DNA from: Thermoanaerobaculia bacterium
Lineage (GTDB): Bacteria; Acidobacteriota; Thermoanaerobaculia; Multivoradales; Multivoraceae
Length of the DNA: 64,000 nt
Reading direction: 5' to 3'
Assembly (NCBI GenBank): GCA_963666565.1
Contig: OY762911.1
Location: 4,128,001-4,192,000, forward strand
Part shown: in pieces, positions 21,839 through 31,379 of the stretch
Layout of the letters: each line of letters begins with the position of its first letter
Position numbering within the stretch: position 1 is the stretch's first letter
The notes under the pieces: generated by a model
What the model was told of the DNA's origin: nothing
Databases searched by the model: none
What the model saw: only the letters and a program-made list of their open reading frames with translations
Program-made: the position numbers and the translations under genes

Positions 21839-21950
21839 GGCGCGCATGATCGCACATCGTGGAAGGTCCTCGGGTGGAGAGGACCGGTCCGGCGGCGGCC
21901 CCGCCGCCGACGGCGCACGGCGCGGCGCGGCGTTCCGGGCGCCTGCCGGT

Positions 21951-24536
21951 CTACCGGCCCCAGCGATAGTGGAGGCGCGCGTAGTAGTAGCCGCCGCCCA
22001 GGCCCCAGGGCGTGAACTGGCTGTAGGGCAGGCCGAAGCGGTCGGCGAACAGGTCCATGCGGTCCGAGAACGTGTCGAAGACGTTCTGGCCTCCCAGCGC
22101 GAGCGTCGCATCGCGCACGAGCGGGATGCCGACCTCCAGGTCGAGGATGTAGCGCCCGGAGAGCACCGGCGCCTCGGCGCGCCGCACCGAGCGGGCGTCC
22201 AGGTGGTCGACCCAGGACCCGAACCAGTGCAGGCGGGCCAGAACGTCGACCGGCCCGATGCCCTGTTCGACGGCCAGGTTCCACCGCGTCTTCGGCACGC
22301 CGCGCTCCAGGGCGAGCACGTCGCCGGGGCCGAGCAGGGCCGAGTCCTTGGTCACTTCCGTCTCCGTGCGGTTGAACGCCAGACTGAACACGGTGTCGCC
22401 GCCGAGCGCCGGCGGCGCCCAGGTCGAGACGACGTCGATTCCCCGCGTGCGCGTCGAGAAGTCGTTGATGAAGAACCGGAACGAGGACAGCGTGCGCGCC
22501 GACGCGATCCCCTCCGACAGCAGCAGCGCGCGCTCGTCCTCCGCGAGCACGAAGAACTGCGAAAGGGCGAGGCGTTTGTCGACGTCGACGTGGAATGCGT
22601 CGGCGGTAAGCGTGAACGACCCCCTGTCGATCACCAGCCCCGCCGTCGCGTTCGTCGACGTCTCGGGTTCGAGCGGCTGCCCGCCGCGAAGCTGCGCGGC
22701 GAGGAAGGTCGAGGGCACGGTGGCGCTGTCGACCAGGTCGAGCGTCTCCGGGTTGATCGTCGACTGCACGTTGAACACGTTCTGCTGACCGGGCGTGGGG
22801 GCGCGGAAACCGGTGCTGACGCCGCCGCGCACGGCCACGGCGTCGGTCAGCGCGTAGCGGCCCGACAGCTTGCCGTTCGTCGTGTCGCCGAAGATGTCGA
22901 AGTGCTCGAACCGCAGGGCGCCGCCGACCGTCCAGCGGCCGTCCGGGTCCCGCAGTTCCAGGTCGCCGTAGACGGCCGCGTTGGCGCGGTTCCAGGTTCC
23001 GGCCGTGTAGTCGGGGAAGCCGGCGAATCCGTTCGACCCGGAGACGAACCCCTGCGCGGCGTAGGGACCGACCTCCCACGACGGCCGCTCGCCGGCGCGG
23101 ATGGTGAACCGCTCGTCGCGCCACTCCGCGCCGCCGGCCAGATGAAGGCGCTCGCCCACGGCGTAGGAGACGTCGAAGTTCAGGTTCAGTTCGGCCTGCC
23201 GGTAGACGCCCGGGTCGAAGTCGCGCGGCGTCGCCGGGCCGAGCGAGGCGTTGACCGTGTTGAACAGGAAGAAGTCCGCCTCGTGGCTGCCGTAGGCGGC
23301 GCTGACATCCCAGGTCAGGCCGTTCTTCATCGTCCGGCGCAGGCCCGCCACGGCGGAGGCGTCGGTGATCACGCCGCTGAACCAGGGAGTGAAGCCGCCC
23401 GGAGCGACCTCCTGGAAGGTGAAGCAGTTCGGGTCGGCGAACACTTGCGCCAGCGCGTCCTGGTCCGGCCGGTTGCCCGTGATCGTCACGGTCGGGCATC
23501 CCGCCGAGCCGTCCCGCACGCCGTCCCGCGCGTCGAGCACGTCGCCGACGAGCAGCGTGCGGCCACCGTCCAGGCTGAAGATGTTGGCGCGGGTGTTGGG
23601 ATTGCGGTAGTAGAAACCCTGCGTCGCCGTCTTCTCGGCGTAGTTGGCGTGCCCGTACACCTGTGCGCCGTTCCCAAGCAGCTTGCCGAAGTTGCCGAAC
23701 AGCTTCAGGTCGTCCTCGTACTCCGAATCGCCCCAGACCTGCGCCGGGTCGCGGACGTTCGCGTTGCCGGCGGCGATCAGCGCCGCCGCGTCGGCCCGCT
23801 GCACGCTGCGGCTCGTCGGGTCGGCGTTGCCGTACTCCATGCTCAGATGCGCGAACCCGTTCTCGCCCAGGGGCAGCCCGACGTCGCCGGCAATCGTGTA
23901 CGCCCGGCCGTCGCCCGCGCCGTAGCCGCCGCTCTTCACCTCCAGGCTGCCGCCGGAGGGCGAGTCCTTGAGCAGGAAGTTCATGACGCCGGCGATCGCG
24001 TCCGAGCCGTACTGCGCCGAGGCGCCGTCGCGCAGCACCTCGACCTGGCGCAGCGCGGTCGCGGGGATGGTCGAGAGATCGGGCCCCTGGGTGCCGTCGG
24101 TGACGCCGCCGAACCACACCAGGATCGCCGAGCGGTGGCGGCGCTTGCCGTTGACCAGCACCAGCGTGTGGTCGTGCGCCAGGTTGCGCAGGCTGGCCGG
24201 CCTCACGAGCGACGCCGCGCCGCTGATGGGATGCGTGGCGACGTTGAACGAGGGCACGAGGTTCCGCAACTGGTAGTCGAGGCTGGCGGCGCCCTGACGG
24301 GCAACGTCTTCGACCGGGATGGCGTCGATCGGGACGGACGACTCGGTCGCCGACCGGGGTCGCGCGCGGCTTCCGACCACCACGAGTTCTTCGTCGAACT
24401 CCGCGACCTCCTCTGAGACCTCCTCCGAGACCTGTTCCTCCGCGGGCGGCGCCGTCGCCTCGGCCTCCTGGGCGCGAACCGCGACGGGCGCCGCGGACGC
24501 GCCGAGCAGGACGGCGAGCAGGAAGAGACGCGACAC
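21951..24536 (-). CDS. TonB-dependent receptor
   Basis: Signal peptide, TonB box EELVVVGSR, VLVNGKRRH, VEVLRDGASAQYGSDAIAGV, GFRAP, C-terminal YYARLHYRW. Confidence 0.93.
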   Translation of the reverse strand: MSRLFLLAVLLGASAAPVAVRAQEAEATAPPAEEQVSEEVSEEVAEFDEELVVVGSRARPRSATESSVPIDAIPVEDVARQGAASLDYQLRNLVPSFNVATHPISGAASLVRPASLRNLAHDHTLVLVNGKRRHRSAILVWFGGVTDGTQGPDLSTIPATALRQVEVLRDGASAQYGSDAIAGVMNFLLKDSPSGGSLEVKSGGYGAGDGRAYTIAGDVGLPLGENGFAHLSMEYGNADPTSRSVQRADAAALIAAGNANVRDPAQVWGDSEYEDDLKLFGNFGKLLGNGAQVYGHANYAEKTATQGFYYRNPNTRANIFSLDGGRTLLVGDVLDARDGVRDGSAGCPTVTITGNRPDQDALAQVFADPNCFTFQEVAPGGFTPWFSGVITDASAVAGLRRTMKNGLTWDVSAAYGSHEADFFLFNTVNASLGPATPRDFDPGVYRQAELNLNFDVSYAVGERLHLAGGAEWRDERFTIRAGERPSWEVGPYAAQGFVSGSNGFAGFPDYTAGTWNRANAAVYGDLELRDPDGRWTVGGALRFEHFDIFGDTTNGKLSGRYALTDAVAVRGGVSTGFRAPTPGQQNVFNVQSTINPETLDLVDSATVPSTFLAAQLRGGQPLEPETSTNATAGLVIDRGSFTLTADAFHVDVDKRLALSQFFVLAEDERALLLSEGIASARTLSSFRFFINDFSTRTRGIDVVSTWAPPALGGDTVFSLAFNRTETEVTKDSALLGPGDVLALERGVPKTRWNLAVEQGIGPVDVLARLHWFGSWVDHLDARSVRRAEAPVLSGRYILDLEVGIPLVRDATLALGGQNVFDTFSDRMDLFADRFGLPYSQFTPWGLGGGYYYARLHYRWGR

Positions 24537-24581
24537 GGCGGGATAATGGCACACGCGGGCCGCCCCGCTAGGATTCGCCCC

Positions 24582-25766
24582 ATGGACACGCTCACGGTTC
24601 CGCGCAAGGCGCCCCGGCCCCTGGACGGCCGGCTCTACACCGACCCCGCCGTCTTCGACGAGGAGATGGAGCGCATCTTCTCGCCGATGTGGGTGTGCGG
24701 CGGGCGGATCGAGGAGCTGGACGAGCCGGGCCGGTTCGTGACCCGCGAGATCGGCGGCGAATCGATCGTCGCGGTGCGAACCGCGGCGGGGCCGGGCGGC
24801 TCGCCGGTCGACCGCGCATCCGCCGGGAACGGGCACGGCGGCCGTGACGGCGACGCCGGTGCCGCGAGCGGCGCGTCCTCCGGTCTGGCCGCGTTCTTCA
24901 ACGTCTGCCGGCACCGCGGCGCCCGGGTGGTCGACGAGTGCGCCGGGAACGCGAAGGTGTTCCAGTGCCCGTACCACGCCTGGACCTACGGGCTCGACGG
25001 CCGGCTCGTCGGCGCGCCGCACATGGACGCCGACTTCGACGCCGCGAGCGCCGGCCTGGCGCCGGTACGGATCGACGCGCTCGGCGGTTTCTTCTTCCTG
25101 TCCCTGGCGCCCGAAGGGCCGCCGCTCGCCGAGGTCGCCGCCGACCTGCCGGATCTCTCGCGGTTCACGCTCGACCGGCTCGTCCGCGGCGCGTACCGCG
25201 AGTACGAGGCGGCCGCCAACTGGAAGATCCTGTGCGAGAACTACAACGAGTGCTACCACTGCGCGGTCGTCCACCCGGAACTCAACCGGATCTCGGACTA
25301 CCGCAGCGGCGGCGACCTGGAGTTCGGGCGCTACTTCGTCGGCGGACCGATGACGCTCAACGACGGCTGCAACACGATGTCGGCGTCCGGCTACAGCGAC
25401 CGTCCCGACCTGCCGGCCATCGGCGCCGCCGACCGGACCTCGGTCCAGTACTACCACGTCTACCCCAACCTGCTGATCAGCCTGCACCGGGACTACGTGA
25501 TGACCCACATCCTGTGGCCGGTGGAGGCGAACCGGACCCGGATCGTCTGCGAGTGGCTGTTCGATCCCGAAACCGTCGCCGCGCCCGATTTCGACCCCTC
25601 CGACGCGGTCGACTTCTGGCACCTGGTCAACAGCCAGGACTGGGACGTCTGCGCCCGCACGCAACTCGGCGTCGGCTCGCGCGGCTACCGCCCCACCGCC
25701 TACGAGGGCAGCGAGGCCTGCCTCCAGGTCTTCGACGGCTGGTATCTCGATCAGATGGGCCTGTGA
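24582..25766 (+). CDS. Rieske oxygenase alpha subunit (glycine-betaine/choline/stachydrine demethylase-like)
   Basis: NVCRHRG...CPYHAW Rieske motif and ENYNECYHCAVVHPEL mononuclear Fe site. Confidence 0.9.
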   Translation: MDTLTVPRKAPRPLDGRLYTDPAVFDEEMERIFSPMWVCGGRIEELDEPGRFVTREIGGESIVAVRTAAGPGGSPVDRASAGNGHGGRDGDAGAASGASSGLAAFFNVCRHRGARVVDECAGNAKVFQCPYHAWTYGLDGRLVGAPHMDADFDAASAGLAPVRIDALGGFFFLSLAPEGPPLAEVAADLPDLSRFTLDRLVRGAYREYEAAANWKILCENYNECYHCAVVHPELNRISDYRSGGDLEFGRYFVGGPMTLNDGCNTMSASGYSDRPDLPAIGAADRTSVQYYHVYPNLLISLHRDYVMTHILWPVEANRTRIVCEWLFDPETVAAPDFDPSDAVDFWHLVNSQDWDVCARTQLGVGSRGYRPTAYEGSEACLQVFDGWYLDQMGL

Positions 25767-25897
25767 CCGGCCGGCCACCGAGCCCGAGAACCCGGCGCCG
25801 CGGGTGCGCGGCGCCGGTCCGCGTGCCGGTCGGCATCCGCCCCGGCCGTGCCGCCGCGGTGCGCGGATCCCGGCGACGCGGCGGCTGAGGACTCGCC

Positions 25898-27331
25898 ATG
25901 TGGCTCCGGGAACACGCGCTGATCCTCGTCCTGTTCGCCCTCTACACGGGCGTCCTGGTCCATCACGCGCTGATCGGGCAGCGACGCACCCGCGACCTGG
26001 CCGACTTCCTGGTCGGCGGCCGCTCGCTCGGCGGCGTCATCCTGGGCGTCTCCTTCTTCGCCACCTACGCCAGCACGAACAGCTTCATCGGCTTCGCCGG
26101 CAGGGCCTACGCCTCCGGCATCGCCTGGCTGCTGATCGTCCCGACCGCGGTCGTCCTGTCGTTCGTCGCCTGGGCATGGCTGGCGCCGAGGCTCCGCGGC
26201 GTCACCGAGATCCTGGGCTCGGTGACCATCCCGGACTACATCGGCTTCCGCTTCAACAGCCAGGCGGCCCGCTTCGCCGCGGCCCTGATCGTCATCTTCT
26301 CCAGCTTCCTCTACATGACGGCCGTGTTCAAGGGCATCGGCTCGCTGCTCGTCGAGCTGCTCGACCTGAGCTACGGCCTGTCGCTGTTCGTCGTCGTCCT
26401 CATCGTCTGCCTTTACACGATGGTCGGCGGCTTCCACTCCGTGGCGCGCACCGACTTCGTCCAGGGCATGCTGATGACGCTCGCGGCCGTGCTCATGTTC
26501 TTCGCGATCACGCGCGCCGCGGGCGGCATCGGCCGGCTCGCCGACCTGGCGCAGGTCGGCGACGGCGCCCTCGCCCGCTGGGACACCGCGCAGCCGCTCG
26601 GGATGCTGATCGGCGTGGTCTTCGCCTCCACCGTCAAGCTGATCGTCGAGCCGCGGCAGCTCTCCCGCTTCTACGCCCTGGAGACCGAGGGAGCGGCGAG
26701 AAGCGGCCTCGTCGTTTCGACCTTGAGCTTCCTCGTCGTGTTCAGCCTGCTGGCGCCGCTCGGCCTTTACGCCCACTTCGTCGTCGGACAGGGCGTAGCC
26801 GACACGGACCAGGTCATCCCGATGATGCTGAGCGATCCGGCCATCTTCCACCCGGCGATCCAGGCGTTCCTGTTCCTGGCCCTCGTCTCCGCCGCCATGT
26901 CCTCGCTCGACAGCGTCCTCCTCGTGATGGCCTCGACCTTCCAGCGCGACCTGCTCGGCCTCTTCGTCCCGGCCGACGACCGCCACGCGGTCCGCAACAC
27001 CCGCGTGTGCGTCGTACTGTTCGCGGCGATCACCGCGATCCTCGCCATCGACCCGCCCGGCGGCATCGTCGAACTGACGTCGTTCTCGGGCGCCCTCTAC
27101 GCCGCCTGCTTCCTGCCCTCGCTTGCCCTGGGCCTCACCTGGCGCCGAGGCAACGGCGCGGCGGCGCTCTGGTCCTTCGCCGCCGGCGGCGCGACGCTGG
27201 GGCTGTGGATGCTGCTCGACATCCAGGGCATGCACGCGGTCTTCCCGGCGATGGCGATCTCGTTCGCCGCCTACTGCATCGCCGCCTGGCTGGCGCCCGA
27301 GGCGAAGGCGGCGAAGGGGTTGTTCGGGTAG
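25898..27331 (+). CDS. Sodium:solute symporter (SSF, PutP/PanF-like)
   Basis: DFLVGGRS, STNSFIGFAG, YTMVGG...TDFVQG, SAAMSSLDS. Confidence 0.9.
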   Translation: MWLREHALILVLFALYTGVLVHHALIGQRRTRDLADFLVGGRSLGGVILGVSFFATYASTNSFIGFAGRAYASGIAWLLIVPTAVVLSFVAWAWLAPRLRGVTEILGSVTIPDYIGFRFNSQAARFAAALIVIFSSFLYMTAVFKGIGSLLVELLDLSYGLSLFVVVLIVCLYTMVGGFHSVARTDFVQGMLMTLAAVLMFFAITRAAGGIGRLADLAQVGDGALARWDTAQPLGMLIGVVFASTVKLIVEPRQLSRFYALETEGAARSGLVVSTLSFLVVFSLLAPLGLYAHFVVGQGVADTDQVIPMMLSDPAIFHPAIQAFLFLALVSAAMSSLDSVLLVMASTFQRDLLGLFVPADDRHAVRNTRVCVVLFAAITAILAIDPPGGIVELTSFSGALYAACFLPSLALGLTWRRGNGAAALWSFAAGGATLGLWMLLDIQGMHAVFPAMAISFAAYCIAAWLAPEAKAAKGLFG

Positions 27332-27436
27332 CGGCGGTAGCGGACTCGCTTCTCGTCTCAATCTCCGAACGAGGGACGTCCCTCGCGGTCATCGGTGTAA
27401 ACTAGTCGAACCAGTTTTCTCACTCAGGAGTTCAGC

Positions 27437-27682
27437 ATGCGGATCGTCGGCGCCTTTGAAGCCAAGACCCACCTCTCCAGCCTCCTCGATGCTGCCGAGA
27501 ACGGTGAGGTCATAACGATCACCAAGAGAGGACGGCCGGTCGCACGGCTCATGCCTCCCGCGCCCGTGGATCGAGTGAAGGCCAAACGGGCCGTGCGGAA
27601 CATCCGGGCACTGCGCCGGAAGATCGGCTGGTCCGGAACCGTCGACGAGATCCTTGCTCTTCGCGACGCCGGACGCCGATGA
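27437..27682 (+). CDS. Phd/YefM antitoxin
   Basis: VGAFEAKTHLSSLLD...ITKRGRPVARL. Confidence 0.9.
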   Translation: MRIVGAFEAKTHLSSLLDAAENGEVITITKRGRPVARLMPPAPVDRVKAKRAVRNIRALRRKIGWSGTVDEILALRDAGRR

Positions 27683-28083
27683 GCGCTCCGGTGCTCGACT
27701 GCTCGGTCGCCTGCGCCTGGCTACTTGGCGACGAGAGCGTGCCCGGCGCCGACCGGATCCTCGAACAGGCCGCGAACCACGGCGCATCGGCACCCGGCCT
27801 GTTCTGGGCGGAACTGCGCAACGCCCTTGTCATGGCGGAGCGCCGATGTCGACTCGCTCCCACGCAGACGACGTCAGCGCTGGCCGAGATCGAGCACCTC
27901 GACATTGAGTTGGACGGGGAGCCCGATGAGGAGACGACGCTGCGCCTGGCCCGCGAGCACCGGTTGACCGTGTACGACGCGCTGTACCTGGAACTGGCAA
28001 TCCGTCAGAAACGAGAGCTCGCCACTTTTGACACGGCACTTCAACGGGCCGCGGAGTCCGAGGGCGTCACAGTATGCCGTTGA
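27679..28083 (+). CDS. vapC: VapC (PIN) toxin
   Basis: VLDCSV...E...LTVYDALYLELA...LATFD. ATGA overlap with the antitoxin. Confidence 0.9.
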   Translation: MSAPVLDCSVACAWLLGDESVPGADRILEQAANHGASAPGLFWAELRNALVMAERRCRLAPTQTTSALAEIEHLDIELDGEPDEETTLRLAREHRLTVYDALYLELAIRQKRELATFDTALQRAAESEGVTVCR

Positions 28084-28211
28084 GATTGAGGCGATGAAGG
28101 ACGGCCGAGACCGTCGCAGAAGCCGGGCCACCGCGGCTCGGTTGGTGGTCATCGCCGCCGCAGCCTGATTGTCCAGTCGACCAACTTCCCCAGAAAGACC
28201 GAGAGTTCGAA

Positions 28212-29054
28212 GTGCCGGCGTCGCCCTTCCGCGTACTTCCCTCCGAACTCGTCGCGAACCTGGAAGGTGCCCCGTACCGATACGCGTCCACGATGGCGGG
28301 CATTCCCCACTACTACACGCTGCGAAAGCAGTGGAAAGACGACGAGCAGTTCCTCCGAACCGTGGCGGAGATGCGGAAGCACGAAGTCGTGCGGCCGTTC
28401 TACAAGAGGAAGCAACGCTACTTGGACGTCAACGGCTTCCAGTACTGGACGATGGATGCGAAGGTGCGCGAGACCACGCTGATCAACCGCCAGTACTGCT
28501 GGCATGGTGCCTACTGGTCCGGGTACGACGCGGCCGCGCAAGGCTACGACTCGCCGTGGGGCGGCGAGTGGGCGCTGCAGAAGGCACGTGAAACGCACTA
28601 CGAACTCGCCCAGCCCCGGGGCTGCGTGCTCGACATCGGGTGCGGCACCGGTCTTTTCGTCGACTATCGCTACCAGGACATCGATCGCGAGAAGTACGTC
28701 GGGATCGATCCGAGCTTCGGCATGCTGGCCAAGTTCAGACTGAAGCACCCGGACTACGACGCGCACGCGACACTGCTGCGCACCACCTTCGAGGACTACG
28801 AGACCACCGTGCGGTTCGACACGATCGTCGCCCTGTTCGGCGCCGGGTCCTACGTCACCGGCACGGATGTCGTGGCCAAGACGCAGCGCCTGCTCGCGCC
28901 CGGAGGCTGGGCGATCCTGACCTTCTACCGTGACGCCGCCGGCTTCTACGAAGGCTCAGGTCTCGGCAAGACGCCTGAACTGGCTTCGGTCCCCGCCGCC
29001 ACCTCGAAACACGGCGAGTTCCACGTCCTGGAACTCACCGCCGCCGCCGACTGA
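28212..29054 (+). CDS. Class I SAM-dependent methyltransferase with an uncharacterised aromatic-rich N-terminal domain
   Basis: VLDIGCGTG and GIDPSFGML; N-terminal YASTMAGIPHYY...FQYWTM...TLINR. Confidence 0.75.
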   Translation: MPASPFRVLPSELVANLEGAPYRYASTMAGIPHYYTLRKQWKDDEQFLRTVAEMRKHEVVRPFYKRKQRYLDVNGFQYWTMDAKVRETTLINRQYCWHGAYWSGYDAAAQGYDSPWGGEWALQKARETHYELAQPRGCVLDIGCGTGLFVDYRYQDIDREKYVGIDPSFGMLAKFRLKHPDYDAHATLLRTTFEDYETTVRFDTIVALFGAGSYVTGTDVVAKTQRLLAPGGWAILTFYRDAAGFYEGSGLGKTPELASVPAATSKHGEFHVLELTAAAD

Positions 29055-29267
29055 CTTCCGGTAATCCCCGACAGCCCCTCCAGCCCTGGGAAGCGGGGCG
29101 CGTTGCCCGCACCCGGCCACGAAGGTCGGAACTTCGGGATCGCCCTGCCCGAGCTGCTCCGTCCGGGCGACCGGGTCGCCGGGCGCCGCGGCGGTCGACG
29201 TTTCCGGGGCCGCCGGTTCGCGGGCGGCTGACACCGGCCGAGCACCCGCAGCTACACTCTACGCCGC

Positions 29268-30341
29268 ATGTCGAACGACGGGTCCTTGCTGGCCTATCTG
29301 TCTTCCCGCTTCCCGGGGAAGACAGAAGACACCGCCGTCGAGGCGCTCGGCTACATCCTGTCGACATCTGAGGCTGCCAGGGCTGGACTCCTGGGCCTCC
29401 TCCGATCGAGCGGAGCGAACGTGAAGGGGATCAGTCGAGTCGACACCCAGGTTGCCGGCGACGAGGGAGAGCGACCGGACCTTGTCGGCTGGGACAACGA
29501 GGGTGACGAACGCCTCCTGATCGAAGCCAAGTTCTGGGCTGGCCTGACGGACAACCAGCCGAACGCCTACTTGAAGCGTTTGCGTCCGGGCGGAGTTCTG
29601 CTGTTCGTGGCGCCAGAGGCGCGACTCGACGCTCTCTGGCCGGAATTGGAGCGGTTGGCGAAGCAGGGGTACGAGTGGACAGCCGACGCCGAGAGTTCGA
29701 GAACGGCGGACGTCGACGGGCGGCACCTGGTTTTGACGTCCTGGAGGACGTTGCTGGAGGCGGCGAAACACCGCGCCGTGGCCGCTGGTGACACCGCCGC
29801 GGTCGACAGCATTCGGCAGTTGAACGGGCTCTGCGAGCGAGAGGACGAATCCGCGTTCGTGCCGCTCAGGCCCGGCGAGTTGGGCCCCGACCTGCCGCGG
29901 CGCCTGATGAACCTCCAGACGATCATCGATCGGTGCTTCGCCAAGGCCGAAGCAAAGGGACTCGCTAGACCGACCGGGAAGGCCGCCAGTCCGAAACAGG
30001 ACGGCTACGGACGCTGGCTTGAACTGGGAGTCCAAGACGATGGTACCTGGGTGAATGGCAAACCTGCGGGTGCTCGTCTCTGCGTACACTACCCAGCATG
30101 GTCCCAGTACCGGGAAACGCCCATCTGGTTGGAACTGGCTGACCGTCAGCCCGATTGGGACGTGCTCCCCCTGAAGAAAGTCCGAAAACGCCTTCGGGGC
30201 GACATCGTGGTCGGTAGGGACGGAACGGACTTCGTTCCGATCCACCTATCCACCGGCGTCGAACTCGACCACGTCGTGGACTCGGTCGTCGCCCAACTCC
30301 GCGACCTCGCGCACCGGATCGCCGGCGTAGCGCCGGACTGA
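29268..30341 (+). CDS. PD-(D/E)XK nuclease-like protein
   Basis: RPDLVG...LLIEAKFWAGLTDNQPNAY (PD...ExK...Q..Y). Confidence 0.65.
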   Translation: MSNDGSLLAYLSSRFPGKTEDTAVEALGYILSTSEAARAGLLGLLRSSGANVKGISRVDTQVAGDEGERPDLVGWDNEGDERLLIEAKFWAGLTDNQPNAYLKRLRPGGVLLFVAPEARLDALWPELERLAKQGYEWTADAESSRTADVDGRHLVLTSWRTLLEAAKHRAVAAGDTAAVDSIRQLNGLCEREDESAFVPLRPGELGPDLPRRLMNLQTIIDRCFAKAEAKGLARPTGKAASPKQDGYGRWLELGVQDDGTWVNGKPAGARLCVHYPAWSQYRETPIWLELADRQPDWDVLPLKKVRKRLRGDIVVGRDGTDFVPIHLSTGVELDHVVDSVVAQLRDLAHRIAGVAPD

Positions 30342-30369
30342 ATCGGCGGTGCCCGCCTCGCGAAACGGC

Positions 30370-30978
30370 TCAGTCCGGGGCTTCGGAGGGTCCGAATTTC
30401 CGTTCGACCGCCGCCCAGAGAGCGTCGATGTCCAGTTCGACGTCAGCCACTGCGGAGGACCTCCAGATTCCGCCGTCCGGCACATGGACCACAAAGTGCC
30501 CGCCGTCGTTCACCAGCAACTCGACCGTTCGCGCCGCAGGATCGACCAGCCAGTACTCCCTCACGCCCGCCTCGGCATAGCGGTTCAGCTTGAGCACGCG
30601 GTCCATGCGCGCCGTGCTCGGGGACAGCACCTCGACCACCAGATCCGGCGCGCCCTCGATCCAGTCCTGGAGAATCTCCCGCCTGTCCGGGGAGACATAG
30701 AGAACGTCGGGCTGCACGACGGTGTGATCCGCGAGATGGACGTCCATCGGGGCTACGAGGGCTTCACCACCTCGTTCCTCGGCTACGACCTGCAGCAGTT
30801 GCCAGAAGTGCGTGACCAGGAATTGATGAACTCGGCGTGGACTCGGACTCACGTAGAACCTGCCATGGAGCAACTCGCAGCGGGGATCGTCGGGAAGCGC
30901 GGCGTAGTCCGCCCGACGATAGGGGCCCGGCTCGCTTGGAACCGTCGGCGGCGGCTGATCGAACAGCGTCACGGACAT
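30370..30978 (-). CDS. Uma2 family endonuclease
   Basis: VQPDV...APDLVVEVLSPST...KLNRYAEAGVREYWLVDP. Confidence 0.92.
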   Translation of the reverse strand: MSVTLFDQPPPTVPSEPGPYRRADYAALPDDPRCELLHGRFYVSPSPRRVHQFLVTHFWQLLQVVAEERGGEALVAPMDVHLADHTVVQPDVLYVSPDRREILQDWIEGAPDLVVEVLSPSTARMDRVLKLNRYAEAGVREYWLVDPAARTVELLVNDGGHFVVHVPDGGIWRSSAVADVELDIDALWAAVERKFGPSEAPD

Positions 30979-31059
30979 GCACTGGAGTATACGGAGTGGC
31001 CGGAGACGCCGTCCAAGCAACCGGTTGCCCGCTGGCTCGCACGGGACCGGGCCGTCGGG

Positions 31060-31365
31060 GCGGTCCCGGCCTTCGGCCGGCACGAGTTTCCGGCCGCCTT
31101 CGGCGGCAGCGGACCAGAAGGTCCGCGCACCCGGAGAGCCACCCCGGCGGGAGCGCGACTCTGTTCTGCAACCGCCACGGCGTCACTGCGAGCGACGTGC
31201 TTGCGAGCAGAGACTCCCCCTCCGGGCAAGCGCGTGCTCCGGGTGCGCGGACCTTCTGGTCCGCTTCCGGGAAACACCGCGCCGCGAAGCGGCGACCGCC
31301 TGGATCGGCGCCCCTGTACGGAAACGCAGTTCCCTGAGCGACAGCCGCGCGGACGACGCTGGCGC
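31060..31365. repeat. Composite REP-like element with two hairpins flanking a 108-bp spacer
   Basis: gcggaccagaaggtccgcgcaccc (31109-31132) and gggtgcgcggaccttctggtccgc (31241-31264). Outer modules match 1474-1640. Confidence 0.75.
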
Positions 31366-31379
31366 GTTGACCGGCCGAT

